A DNA stretch of 64,000 bases from contig CAYTPX010000001.1 of NCBI GenBank assembly GCA_964439955.1, positions 41,334 through 105,333 of the forward strand. The letters run 5' to 3'. Under the pieces are notes generated by a model. That model saw nothing but the letters and a program-made list of their open reading frames with translations, was not told the DNA's origin and searched no databases. This DNA is from an uncultured Bacteroidaceae bacterium. Its GTDB lineage: Bacteria > Bacteroidota > Bacteroidia > Bacteroidales > Bacteroidaceae. A program made the translations under genes and the position numbers. Of this stretch, positions 16,478 through 25,961 are shown one piece after another (position 1 is the first letter of the stretch; the number at the start of each line of letters is the position of its first letter).

Positions 16478-17597
16478 CTATTCGCCCGACTTGCCTCCAA
16501 ACTCCATGAGATAAGCCTTGATGAAAGCATCAATCTTGCCGTCCATCACGCCCGACACGTCGCTTGTCTGGTAGTTCGTGCGGTGATCTTTCACGCGGCG
16601 GTCGTCAAACACATAACTGCGTATCTGCGAACCCCATTCGATCTTCTTCTTTCCCGCCTCGATTTTGGCCTTTTCGGCCAAACGGTGCTGCATTTCCTTG
16701 TCATATAATATGGAACGCAGCAGGCGGAGGGCATTTTCCTTGTTCTTCGGCTGGTCGCGCGTCTCGGTGTTCTCGATGAGGATTTCCTCTTGCTCGCCGG
16801 TATACGGGTCCGTGTACTGGTAGCGCAAGCGGACACCCGACTCTACCTTATTTACATTCTGCCCTCCCGCGCCACCGGAACGGAACAAATCCCAAGAGAT
16901 CAAGGCCGGATTGACCTGCACCTCAATAGTATCGTCTACAAGCGGCGTGACGAACACGGAAGCGAAGGAGGTCATGCGTTTTCCCTGGGCGTTGTAGGGC
17001 GAAACCCGCACCAGGCGGTGCACGCCGTTCTCGCCCTTCAGGTAGCCATAGGCCGATTCGCCGAGGATTTCCATGGTGACCGTCTTGATGCCCGCCTCGT
17101 CTCCTTCCTGGAGGTTGGAGACCGTGAGCTTATAGCCATGCGCCTCTGCCCAGCGCATGTACATGCGCATCAACATTTGCGCCCAGTCCTGGCTTTCCGT
17201 GCCGCCAGCCCCCGAGTTTATCTTCAACACGCAGTCCATCTGGTCGGCCTCCTCCTGGAGCATGTTGCGCAACTCCAAGTCTTCCACGGCCTTGAGGGCG
17301 GCGGAATAGGCGGCATCGACTTCCTCTTCCGTCACGAGTTCCTCGTGCGCGTACTCGTAGGCCAGTTCCAGTTCCTCGCACAAGGAGTCCACCTTGCGGT
17401 AGCTTCCAATCCAATTTTGCAGGCTTTTCACCTTTTTCATCTGCGCCTCGGCGCGCTTGGCGTCGTCCCAAAAGTCGGGAGCCTGCGTGCGCAGTTGCTC
17501 TTCTTCCAGTTCTATTTGCTTCTGGTCGATGTCAAAGATACCTCCTCAGCGCATCCTTGCGCTCTTTCACGTCTTTTAATTGGTCTGTGGTAATCAT
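16478..17597 (-). CDS. prfB: peptide chain release factor 2, requires programmed +1 frameshift (17597..17535 joined to 17533..16478)
   Basis: Frame 0 from ATG 17597: MITTDQLKDVKERKDALRRYL then TGA. After +1 shift: DIDQKQIELEEEQLRTQAPDFWDD...MKKVKSLQNW (track ORF 16478..17440). GGQ motif SGGAGGQNVNKV. Confidence 0.9.
17531..17546 (-). promoter_or_regulatory. RF2 autoregulatory +1 frameshift site with internal Shine-Dalgarno-like element
   Basis: Minus strand reads AGGAGG TAT CTT TGA C; compare the classical E. coli prfB site AGGGGG TAT CTT TGA C. Confidence 0.85.
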
Positions 17598-17644
17598 ACT
17601 TTTTTTGTTTTTATATAGGTTAATACTCCATTTGAGCCCGTGGT

Positions 17645-17716
17645 TTTCGGGAAAAGCGCCAAGGCTTTTCCCCAAGGGTTCCGGCACTTCCGGGAAAAAG
17701 CGCCGGGACTTTTCCC
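17645..17716. repeat. palindromic intergenic repeat cluster (three tandem modules)
   Basis: ttcgggaaaagcgccaaggcttttccccaagggttccggcacttccgggaaaaagcgccgggacttttcccg. Confidence 0.75.
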
Positions 17717-17717
17717 G

Positions 17718-19172
17718 TCAGCGCCGCTCCCTCCCGGCATCGATGCGCAGGAAGATAAACAACAACAGCGTGAACCCCCAGAGCGACGAGCCCCCGTAAC
17801 TGAAAAAGGGGAGGGGGATGCCGATGACCGGCGTGAGCCCCAAAACCATCCCCACGTTGATAAGCAAGTGGAAGATGAATATGGAAGCCACGCAATAGCC
17901 ATAGATCCGGCCAAAGGCATGCGACTGCCGCTCGGAAAGGGCGATAATCCGCAAGATAAGAGCCAGGAACAAGACGAGGACCAAAGCGCTCCCGATGAAG
18001 CCCTCCTCCTCGCCCACGGTGCAGAAGATGAAGTCCGTGTCTTGCTCCGGCACATACTTCAGCTTCGTCTGCGTACCGTTGAGGAAGCCTTTCCCGCCCA
18101 GCCCACCGGAGCCAATGGCTATCATCGACTGCCTTACGTTGTAGCCCGCCCCAGCCGGGTCATCCTTCATGCCCAACAAAACCTCTATGCGGATACGCTG
18201 GTGGTCTTTGAGCCCGCTATAAAAGAGGCGCTCGCCTGAAAAGATAAATACGGTGCTCCCCAGGACGAAAGCGCCGATGAGCAGGTATTTGTAGTCACGG
18301 TCGGCCAGCCACCAGTAAGCCAAATAAAGCGCAATGGCCGCACAAAGGCCGACAAGCGCGTAATTGATATTGAAAGGCACGAAACAGTCGGACACGACCG
18401 CCACGAGCAACACGCCTGCGGCTCCCAGCAAGATGTGGCGGGCGATGCCCTTGCGCTTGGGCAGGTAGAGCTTAAGCATGCCGAGCACGGAGAGCGGGAC
18501 CGTGAGCAGCATGGCAAACGAGCCGACAGGCGTAACCTGGTCGGGCAGGAAGGTAGTCCCGAAACGAATGGTGACGACAAAATAGGCCACCGCGCAAAAG
18601 CAAGAGTAGAGAATCGCCCCCGGCATTCCCTCGCGATAGAGCATTAGCAAGAAAGAGAGGTAGACCAACGCGGAACCGGTCTCACTCTGGGCAATGATGA
18701 GCAGGATGGGAAGCAAGATGATGGCTGCCATCTGCAGGCAATGCCTTGGGTTGTTCATTGAAAACCCGTACGTACTCATGTATTTGGCCAAGGCCAAAGC
18801 CGTGGTGCACTTGGCAAATTCCGCAGGTTGCAGGCGCACGGGGCCAAGGTCAAGCCACGAATGGGAACCTTTTACGTCGCTGGAGACGAAAATGGTGACG
18901 AAAAGCAGCAAAAGCATGATGAAGTAGGCGGGAAAGGCGAACATATCGTACAAACGCACTTCGAGCATCAGCAAAATGAAGCCTATCCCGCAGGCACAAC
19001 ATATCCACACCATCTGTTTCCCTGTCCGCGAGTCCCAGCTGAACAGCTCGGTTTCGCCAAAATCGTAGCTCGCGCCGTAAATGCTCACCCAGCCAAATGC
19101 GACAAGGACCACGTAAAGTACGATAACCGCCCAGTCTATGTTCCTAAAGAGGCTACCTTTCCTGGATTCCAT
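17718..19172 (-). CDS. rodA: rod shape-determining protein RodA (FtsW/RodA/SpoVE family)
   Basis: 484 aa polytopic membrane protein, downstream of and overlapping mrdA by 20 nt. Confidence 0.9.
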   Translation of the reverse strand: MESRKGSLFRNIDWAVIVLYVVLVAFGWVSIYGASYDFGETELFSWDSRTGKQMVWICCACGIGFILLMLEVRLYDMFAFPAYFIMLLLLFVTIFVSSDVKGSHSWLDLGPVRLQPAEFAKCTTALALAKYMSTYGFSMNNPRHCLQMAAIILLPILLIIAQSETGSALVYLSFLLMLYREGMPGAILYSCFCAVAYFVVTIRFGTTFLPDQVTPVGSFAMLLTVPLSVLGMLKLYLPKRKGIARHILLGAAGVLLVAVVSDCFVPFNINYALVGLCAAIALYLAYWWLADRDYKYLLIGAFVLGSTVFIFSGERLFYSGLKDHQRIRIEVLLGMKDDPAGAGYNVRQSMIAIGSGGLGGKGFLNGTQTKLKYVPEQDTDFIFCTVGEEEGFIGSALVLVLFLALILRIIALSERQSHAFGRIYGYCVASIFIFHLLINVGMVLGLTPVIGIPLPFFSYGGSSLWGFTLLLFIFLRIDAGRERR

Positions 19173-21012
19173 AGTGTATTACGGTATTACTGATGCGCTC
19201 GGCCACAGCTTCGTTGCGCTCCGAAAGTTTCCCTTCCAAGTATTGCTGCATGAGAAGCCCGCCGATGGGGACGGCAAAGGTAGCCCCGAAGCCGCCATTC
19301 TCCACATATACGGCGATGGCTATCTTGGGGTCATCCATCGGGGCGAAGCCCATGAAAGCGCCATGGTCGCGCCCTTTGTTCTCCGCCGTGCCCGTTTTTC
19401 CACAGGCCTGCAGCTCGGGCATGGTATTGAGCCAATGGCAAGTCCCACCGATGGCGGCGGACCTCATCCCTTGCCGGACGGGGTCGTAATATTGGGGCTG
19501 CACAGTCGTGTGGCGGGGGAGGCGAAAGCGTCCTTCGATGGAAGCATCTTCGATGTCCCGCACCAAGTGGGGCGTGATGAAGTAGCCACGGTTGGCTATC
19601 GTAGCGCCTAGGTTGGCTATCTGGAGCGGCGTAAGTCCTATCTCGGCCTGCCCTATGCCGATATGGACAATGGTAGCGCCATTCCAACGTCCAGCCCCAT
19701 ACCGCCTGTCGTAGAAGTTCGCATTCGGGATGAAGCCCCTCACCTCTTCGTACAAATCGGTGCCGAGCTTGTACCCGAAGCCCATGGAAACCATGTGATC
19801 CTTCCAGACAGTCAAGGCAGAATCCGCATCGGGATACTTGTTGTTCCGCATCATGTAGTAAAGCCCCCAGCAGAAATAAGCATTACACGAGGTGGAAATG
19901 GCCGGGACCAAGGAGACAGGCGAAGCGTGGCCATGGCATCTCACCGTGAGACGCCCCAAGCGGAAACCGTGGGGGCAGGGGTAAGGCGTGGAAGCATTGA
20001 CGATTTCCTCTTGGAGGAACACCAGTCCTTGGGCAGGCTTGAAGGTGGAACCGGGAGGATACACGCCCTGCACGGCACGGTTGTATAGCGGTTTGTAGGG
20101 ATCGGTAAAGAGGCGTGAGAAAGTCTTCCGCCGCTGTTTTCCCGACATCTGCCGCAAATCGTAGGTCGGCGAGGAGACCATGCAGAGAATCTCCCCCGTG
20201 GCCGGCTCGATGGCTACGATGGCGCCGATTTTGTTCCTCATCAACCGCTCGCCAAGAGCCTGCAAGCCGCTGTCGATGGTAAGCGTCAGGTTCTTCCCCG
20301 GGACAGGCTTCTGGTCGTATTCCCCGTCCATGTATTGCCCTTTGATGCGTCCGCGCACGTCGCGGAGCAAGATTTTGACTCCTTTCGTGCCCCGGAGTTC
20401 TTTTTCATAGTAACGCTCTACCCCGGCTTTGCCTACATAATCGCCCGGGCTGTAATAGTTAAGCGTGTCGTGGTCGAGCTCCCGTTGGCTAATCTCCCCC
20501 ACGTCGCCCAGCAGGTGGCTGGCTATCGGGCTGTTATATTGCCGTATGTTGCGTTGCCGCACATAGAACCCGTGGAATTTGAACAGTTTCTCTTGCAAGA
20601 CGCCGCATTCCTCGGCCGTCAGCATGCTTAGGAAAAGCTGGGGCGTATAGCGGGAATAGCCCGGGTTCTTGTTCAGGTTCTTCATATCCGCCATGCCCGT
20701 GTCGAATTCTTCCTTGGAGATTTTCACCGTGCGGCAAAAGTCGAGCGTATCCAAGTCCCTGATTTCCGAGACGACAACCATCACGTCGTACATCGGCTGG
20801 TTATAGACGAGCAATCGCCCGTTGCGGTCATAGATAATGCCACGCGAGGGGTATTCGACCTGCTTGAGCAAGGCATTGCTCTCCGCGTTCTTCTTGTAGT
20901 CGTCGGTCGATACCTGCAAAAGGAAGAGGCGCACCATATAGACCAGCACGACTCCGACAAGGAAGCCGGAGATTACGTACTTGCGGTTTTCGAATTGGGG
21001 TCTTTCTTCCAT
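19153..21012 (-). CDS. mrdA: penicillin-binding protein 2
   Basis: 619 aa; transpeptidase motifs STFKP, SCN (STSCNAYF) and KTGT (GKTGTAE). Confidence 0.92.
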   Translation of the reverse strand: MEERPQFENRKYVISGFLVGVVLVYMVRLFLLQVSTDDYKKNAESNALLKQVEYPSRGIIYDRNGRLLVYNQPMYDVMVVVSEIRDLDTLDFCRTVKISKEEFDTGMADMKNLNKNPGYSRYTPQLFLSMLTAEECGVLQEKLFKFHGFYVRQRNIRQYNSPIASHLLGDVGEISQRELDHDTLNYYSPGDYVGKAGVERYYEKELRGTKGVKILLRDVRGRIKGQYMDGEYDQKPVPGKNLTLTIDSGLQALGERLMRNKIGAIVAIEPATGEILCMVSSPTYDLRQMSGKQRRKTFSRLFTDPYKPLYNRAVQGVYPPGSTFKPAQGLVFLQEEIVNASTPYPCPHGFRLGRLTVRCHGHASPVSLVPAISTSCNAYFCWGLYYMMRNNKYPDADSALTVWKDHMVSMGFGYKLGTDLYEEVRGFIPNANFYDRRYGAGRWNGATIVHIGIGQAEIGLTPLQIANLGATIANRGYFITPHLVRDIEDASIEGRFRLPRHTTVQPQYYDPVRQGMRSAAIGGTCHWLNTMPELQACGKTGTAENKGRDHGAFMGFAPMDDPKIAIAVYVENGGFGATFAVPIGGLLMQQYLEGKLSERNEAVAERISNTVIHYGIQER

Positions 21013-21033
21013 GGCGAACGTCCGGGCAAAGGG

Positions 21034-21552
21034 TCAGGATATGGGGCGGGGCCTGCCGTCTTGCGCCAAGGAGTCAAGCAGCAAGATGCAGGCTATGGAT
21101 AGCAAAGCGCTCCCCCCTATGCGGGCGAGCAGCGTGTCGGCCTCGGCGAAGGAGAACGACTGGATGGAAAACAGCGCCACGTGGTGGAGCAAGACGGCAG
21201 TGACGCAGTAACGGAGGAAGAAGCCGAAGCCCACACTGTGGATGCCAGGGACGTATTCCTCCGCATCGCCCTTGGCCATGTACAAGCCCAAGACCGAGGG
21301 GCGCAAGAAGGCAAGCAGCGTAGTGGCCGCGGCGTTCATGCCCGGCGTGTCGGAAAACATGTCGATGGCGAGGCCCGAACAGAAACCCCATACGAGCAAC
21401 TTGTTGCGGGAGGCCGACGAAGGCAGCTTCAGGAGCACGTAGAAATACACGAGCGGCGTAGCGTAGCCGAAGACATGTATCTTGTTAAGCACCAAAACCT
21501 GCAGCAAGGCCAACAAGACGAAGTTCCCGGTCTGTTTGAAAATATCAGGCAT
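21034..21552 (-). CDS. mreD: rod shape-determining protein MreD
   Basis: 172 aa hydrophobic protein between mreC and mrdA. Confidence 0.8.
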   Translation of the reverse strand: MPDIFKQTGNFVLLALLQVLVLNKIHVFGYATPLVYFYVLLKLPSSASRNKLLVWGFCSGLAIDMFSDTPGMNAAATTLLAFLRPSVLGLYMAKGDAEEYVPGIHSVGFGFFLRYCVTAVLLHHVALFSIQSFSFAEADTLLARIGGSALLSIACILLLDSLAQDGRPRPIS

Positions 21553-21554
21553 TT

Positions 21555-21604
21555 CTGGAAAAAGTTATGCGGCTTCCGGCGGAAAGCCTCGGGGCTTTCC
21601 ACCA
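21555..21604. repeat. palindromic intergenic repeat (short)
   Basis: ctggaaaaagttatgcggcttccggcggaaagcctcggggctttcc. Confidence 0.55.
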
Positions 21605-21620
21605 CTTGCCTTGCGTGTTC

Positions 21621-22475
21621 CTATTCATTCTGGTCAATGCTTTGCACGGCTTCCTCCTGCAAGCTGCGCAGTTCCGGGTCGAACGTCCGCTCAATCACCC
21701 GCGCCTCCGAAAGGTTGCCAAAGTCGGTAGAGAGGATGACTTGCAAACGGAAAGAAAGGCCGTCGTCGGAAGTCGCCACCTCCCCGATGCGCCCCACCGG
21801 TATCCCCGAAGGGAAGACTTCCGAATACCCGCTCGTCACGATGCGCCCCCCCTTGCTGAACTTGGCATGGCGCGGTATCCCCTCCAGATAGGCGCAACGC
21901 GCGTCGCGCCCGTCCCACGCCAAGGTGCCGAAGTAGTCCGTACCCGCTATCTTGCAGCTGATGCGGCTGTCCGTGTTGAGCAGGGGGATAACCACGGAAT
22001 AGCGGGACGAGGTAAGATAAACGATGCCTATCACCCCGGAACTTCCCACTACGCCCAACCCGCTCCGCACCCCGTCGGCAGAACCCCGGTTGAGGGTCAG
22101 GAAATTCTTGCGCCGGGACAACGAATTATGGACCACCCCGCAATCAATGAGCCGTATCCCCTCCAAAGGGCGGGACAACAGGCTGTCCACCGGGGCCGCA
22201 CCTGCCTTGAGGAGCGCGTCCTGGAGCTGGCTCAACTGCAACTCGAGGCGCAAATTCTGGTCGGCCAGCTCCTTGTTCTTCTGGCGGAGGCTGAAATAGG
22301 AAAGGACTGCGGCTTCCGCCTCGTAAATCTTTCCCGAGACCACATTGGCCGTAGTAAAGAATACACCCTGTTGGTAGCGGTTGAAACGGAATAACAAAGC
22401 AAAACTGGCTGCTTCGAGCAAGACGAACAGCAACCAGTAGTTATACCTTACCAGGAAGTCGAGCAGCTTCTTCAT
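21621..22475 (-). CDS. mreC: rod shape-determining protein MreC
   Basis: 284 aa, N-terminal TM helix, coiled coil (LRLELQLSQLQDALL), downstream of mreB. Confidence 0.88.
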   Translation of the reverse strand: MKKLLDFLVRYNYWLLFVLLEAASFALLFRFNRYQQGVFFTTANVVSGKIYEAEAAVLSYFSLRQKNKELADQNLRLELQLSQLQDALLKAGAAPVDSLLSRPLEGIRLIDCGVVHNSLSRRKNFLTLNRGSADGVRSGLGVVGSSGVIGIVYLTSSRYSVVIPLLNTDSRISCKIAGTDYFGTLAWDGRDARCAYLEGIPRHAKFSKGGRIVTSGYSEVFPSGIPVGRIGEVATSDDGLSFRLQVILSTDFGNLSEARVIERTFDPELRSLQEEAVQSIDQNE

Positions 22476-22524
22476 TCCCCGTATGCCCCGAAATGTTCCG
22501 ATTCCCCCTATCGATTACGCGCCC

Positions 22525-23544
22525 CTACCTCATTAGGAAAGAAAAACGGTCTACATTCTTCAATGCCACGCCCGTGCCCCTCGCCACGGAAAGCAGGGGA
22601 TCCTCGGCCACATGGAAGTTTATGTTTATCTTATCAGTAAGCCGCTTGTCCAACCCGCGCAGGAGCGCGCCGCCGCCAGCCAGCCAGATTCCATTTTTCA
22701 CGATGTCGGCATACAATTCGGGCGGCGTGTCTTCCAAGGCGGCCAGCACCGCGGCCTCAATACGCGAGATGGACTTGTCCAGGCAGTGCGCTATTTCCTG
22801 ATAGTTCACGGCCACCTTCGTGGGAAGGGCGGTCATGCGGTTCGGCCCATCCACTATATAAGGCTCCGGTTCCTCCTTCAGCTGCGGGAGGGCCGCGCCC
22901 ACGTTAATCTTGATGCGCTCCGCCATCCGCTCGCTTATGCGTATGTTGTGTGTCCGGCCCATGAACTCCTGGATGTCGTAATTGAAGTCATCTCCGGCCA
23001 CCCGGATGGAGTGGTTCGAAACGATACCGCCCAAGGAAATGACCGCGATCTCCGTACTGCCCCCGCCGATGTCTACCACCATGTTGCCCTCGGGCTTTTC
23101 GACATCAATGCCGATCCCTATGGCGGCCGCCATAGGCTCGAAGAGCAAATAAACGTCGCGCCCGCCCGCATGCTCGGCCGAGTCGCGCACGGCACGGAGT
23201 TCCACCTCGGTACTGCCCGAAGGGACACCGATGACCATCCGCAGCGAAGGGGTGAAAAGCCGCCGCCGGGAATTGGCTTTTTTTATCAACCCGCGCATCA
23301 TTTGCTCGCAAGCGTTGAAGTCCGCTATCACGCCATTCCGCAGTGGGCGCACAGTCCGTATGTTGGGCTGGGTCTTTTCGTGCATGAGCGCGGCCTCTTT
23401 CCCCACGGCTATCATCTTGTCCGTACGGCGGTCAAGGGCGACCACCGAGGGCTCGTCCACCACAATCTCCCCGTTGTTGATGATGACCGTATTGGCCGTG
23501 CCGAGATCCATCGATATCTCTTGTGTGAAGGAGAAGAATCCCAT
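22525..23544 (-). CDS. mreB: rod shape-determining protein MreB
   Basis: 339 aa actin-like ATPase; DLGTANTV, VVDIGGGSTE motifs. Confidence 0.95.
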   Translation of the reverse strand: MGFFSFTQEISMDLGTANTVIINNGEIVVDEPSVVALDRRTDKMIAVGKEAALMHEKTQPNIRTVRPLRNGVIADFNACEQMMRGLIKKANSRRRLFTPSLRMVIGVPSGSTEVELRAVRDSAEHAGGRDVYLLFEPMAAAIGIGIDVEKPEGNMVVDIGGGSTEIAVISLGGIVSNHSIRVAGDDFNYDIQEFMGRTHNIRISERMAERIKINVGAALPQLKEEPEPYIVDGPNRMTALPTKVAVNYQEIAHCLDKSISRIEAAVLAALEDTPPELYADIVKNGIWLAGGGALLRGLDKRLTDKININFHVAEDPLLSVARGTGVALKNVDRFSFLMR

Positions 23545-23573
23545 CTTGATTGTCCTCTTTTGTTTTGTTCGGA

Positions 23574-24185
23574 TTAGCGTAGCCCTTTCTCGTATGCCTC
23601 AAAGTAAGCATGGATAGCCGTATCGTAGCGCGAGGATACCCCGAAAGCCTCCTTGGCAAAAGCGCAACGCTCCTGGAGCGTTGTCTCGGCGCCCCGGCTG
23701 GAAAGGATGTCCATCAAGGGCAGGTACTGCTGCTTGGAAGCGACGATGACCACGTCTTTGTAGTTCTTGGCCCCGGCGCGGATCAGCGAAATCCCGCCTA
23801 TGTCGATCTTTTCTATGATGTCTTGGTGCGAAGCCCCGCTGGCCACCGTCTGCTCGAACGGATACAAATCCACGACCACGAGGTCTATCTCCGGAATCCC
23901 ATATTGGGCCATTTGGGCCAAGTCCCCCTCCTCTTCCCGGCGGCAGAGGATGCCTCCGAAGATTTTGGGGTGCAACGTCTTCACCCGCCCCCCGAGGATG
24001 GAAGGATAGGTAGTCAGGTCTTCGACAGCCTGGCATGGCAACCCAAGGCTCTCGATGAACTTACGCGTACCTCCGGTGGAGAGGAGCGCCACGCCTTCTG
24101 CGTGAAGTTTCTTGAGGATCTCGTCTAATCCGTCTTTGTGGAAGACCGACACCAAAGCGGTCTTGATTTTTCTTGTTTCCGCCAT
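23574..24185 (-). CDS. purH: IMP cyclohydrolase domain protein (PurH N-terminal MGS-like domain only, 203 aa)
   Basis: ORF 23574..24503 trimmed to ATG at 24185 (MAETRKIKTALVSVFHKDGL...LSTGGTRKF...GGRVKTLHPKIFGGIL...DLYPFEQT...IDIGGISLIRAGAKNYKDV); ends at ...YFEAYEKGLR where the AICAR transformylase domain would begin. Confidence 0.8.
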   Translation of the reverse strand: MAETRKIKTALVSVFHKDGLDEILKKLHAEGVALLSTGGTRKFIESLGLPCQAVEDLTTYPSILGGRVKTLHPKIFGGILCRREEEGDLAQMAQYGIPEIDLVVVDLYPFEQTVASGASHQDIIEKIDIGGISLIRAGAKNYKDVVIVASKQQYLPLMDILSSRGAETTLQERCAFAKEAFGVSSRYDTAIHAYFEAYEKGLR

Positions 24186-24228
24186 CGCTATAGAATGAGT
24201 TTTTGATTTATGCGCCGATAAACTGGCG

Positions 24229-24236
24229 CAAAGGTA
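24229..24236 (-). promoter_or_regulatory. -7 promoter box (TACCTTTG) for the purH-mreBCD-mrdA-rodA operon
   Basis: Plus caaaggta = minus TACCTTTG, about 44 nt upstream of ATG 24185. Confidence 0.45.
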
Positions 24237-24309
24237 CGAAAAAAAGCATTTCCCCTTGCTGACTTTATCCCCAAAACTATTAGTAAAAAAAGGTGTAAAG
24301 GCAAAACAG

Positions 24310-24525
24310 GGGCGCAGTGCCGCAATGGGAAAAGCCTGCCGCAACCGGAAAGGCGGAAGCCTCCGTAACTGTCCTTGCGAGCCCCGGCGTCCGGAAAGGC
24401 TGGAAGCCGCGGCTTCACGGGGCATCCCCCTACCCTCCCTTCCTGCAAGAGTCTTCCCGGAAGCCCCCGCACTTCCCCAAAATCCCTGCAGGGCTTTTCC
24501 CAAAAAGTGCCGCAGGGATTCACAC
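24310..24525. repeat. palindromic intergenic repeat cluster (long)
   Basis: gggaaaagcctgccgcaaccggaaaggcggaagcc ... cccggaagcccccgcacttccccaaaatccctgcagggcttttcccaaaaagtgccgcaggg. Confidence 0.7.
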
Positions 24526-24542
24526 GAGCCCTCGCAGGAAAT

Positions 24543-25613
24543 TCAGCCTTCACCCGCCGGGTTGGAGACGGTCAGCCCCAGCAAGCGCACAGGGCGTCCC
24601 TCCTCCCACCCCTCCTGCAGGAGCCGCTTTGCCAAGGGGAGGAGGTCTTCCTTGCGCCGGAGCGGGACACCGGGGACCGTGAGGCTGCGCGTGTGTTGCG
24701 AAAAGTCGGCATACTTTATTTTCAACGTCAGGGTATTGCCTTGGAAACCGGCACTTTCCAGCCGTTCGAGCAGCTCGACGGCCACGTGGTACAGCTCGAT
24801 GATGAGCTGGCCGCGCTCCGTACGGTCCGCCTCGAAGGTGCGTTCGCAGCCCACCGACTTGCGGTCGGAAAAAGGCTCTACGCGCCTGCGGTCGATGCCT
24901 CGGGCAAATTCATAGAAAAGTTGCCCCGCCTTGCCGAACTCGGCACGCAACGACTGCAATGCGTACTGCCTGAGATGCCAACCCGCATGGATGCCCATCC
25001 GGTGCATGCGGCGCGCGGTGACTTTCCCCACGCCCCAGAACGACTCGATGGGCAGCAGGTCGATGAACAACTGCTGCTCGTCGGGACGGACCACGAAGAG
25101 CCCGTCGGGCTTGCGCTGCTCGGAAGCCACCTTGGCCAGGAAGAGGTTTTGCGCCACGCCGGCAGAGGCCGTCAAGCCGAGCTCATCCCGGATGCGGCGG
25201 CGGATGCGGCGGGCAATCTCCACCGGGTTGCCGATTCCCTGTTTGTCCTGCGTCACATCGAGAAAAGCCTCATCGATGGAGAGGGCTTCCACCAAGCCGG
25301 TATATTCGCGGAATATGGCGAACACCTGCCCCGACACGGCGCGGTAGCGGTCGAAGTCGGGGGCAACGAAATGCAAGTCCGGGCAGAGCTGCCGGGCTTT
25401 CAGCGCGGGCATGGCCGAACGCACCCCGTATTTCCGCGCCTCGTAGCTGGCCGTAGCCACCACGCTGCGGGCGGACTCGTGGCCTACGGCCACGGGTTTC
25501 CCGCGGAGTTCCGGGTGGTCCCGCTGCTCTACGGAAGCGTAAAACGCATCCATGTCTATGTGGATTATCTTTTGCCCCGGGAAAAGGCCGTCTTCCTCAA
25601 AGCCGCACATCAT
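24543..25613 (-). CDS. dinB: DNA polymerase IV (Y-family)
   Basis: KIIHIDMDAFYASVEQRD near N-terminus; ORF 24543..25679 trimmed to MMCGFEEDGLFPGQKIIHID (start uncertain by a few codons). Confidence 0.9.
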   Translation of the reverse strand: MMCGFEEDGLFPGQKIIHIDMDAFYASVEQRDHPELRGKPVAVGHESARSVVATASYEARKYGVRSAMPALKARQLCPDLHFVAPDFDRYRAVSGQVFAIFREYTGLVEALSIDEAFLDVTQDKQGIGNPVEIARRIRRRIRDELGLTASAGVAQNLFLAKVASEQRKPDGLFVVRPDEQQLFIDLLPIESFWGVGKVTARRMHRMGIHAGWHLRQYALQSLRAEFGKAGQLFYEFARGIDRRRVEPFSDRKSVGCERTFEADRTERGQLIIELYHVAVELLERLESAGFQGNTLTLKIKYADFSQHTRSLTVPGVPLRRKEDLLPLAKRLLQEGWEEGRPVRLLGLTVSNPAGEG

Positions 25614-25929
25614 GAAACGCCACTCCTCCCGCCCGGCCCGCACAGGCAAATCCCGGACACCCCTTCCTCGTTCCCGCACGAGACGGAAATCCCTTTGGCA
25701 GGGACTCCCAACTCCGGGCTACTATATATAATATGTGCGCCCGAGCGCGGCATAGGCCCAGACGCGGCGAGGCCATGCTCCCCGCCCAAACGAGCCTCCG
25801 ATTCCGCGCCGGCCGCCCCCGGCAAAACGCAGTAACCGGAAGGCAGCCCGCCGACACCGCGGCTGGAATATCCACATCCCGTCTCCATAAGGCACAAAAA
25901 CCAATAGCAATCCAAGCGCGTAAATATAC

Positions 25930-25937
25930 TATCTTTG
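25930..25937 (+). promoter_or_regulatory. -7 promoter box TATCTTTG
   Basis: Exact TAnnTTTG match 25 nt upstream of ATG 25962. Confidence 0.5.
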
Positions 25938-25961
25938 CGGCGAAACAACGGTATTTTTCCC

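Noticed and set aside
25614-25929. SOS/LexA-type operator or ncRNA in the 350-bp spacer upstream of dinB.
   Set aside because: I could not find a convincing palindromic operator or a consensus promoter box by eye. The spacer contains only loose repeat-like segments and an AT-rich patch (ctatatataatatg). The evidence is insufficient to call anything.
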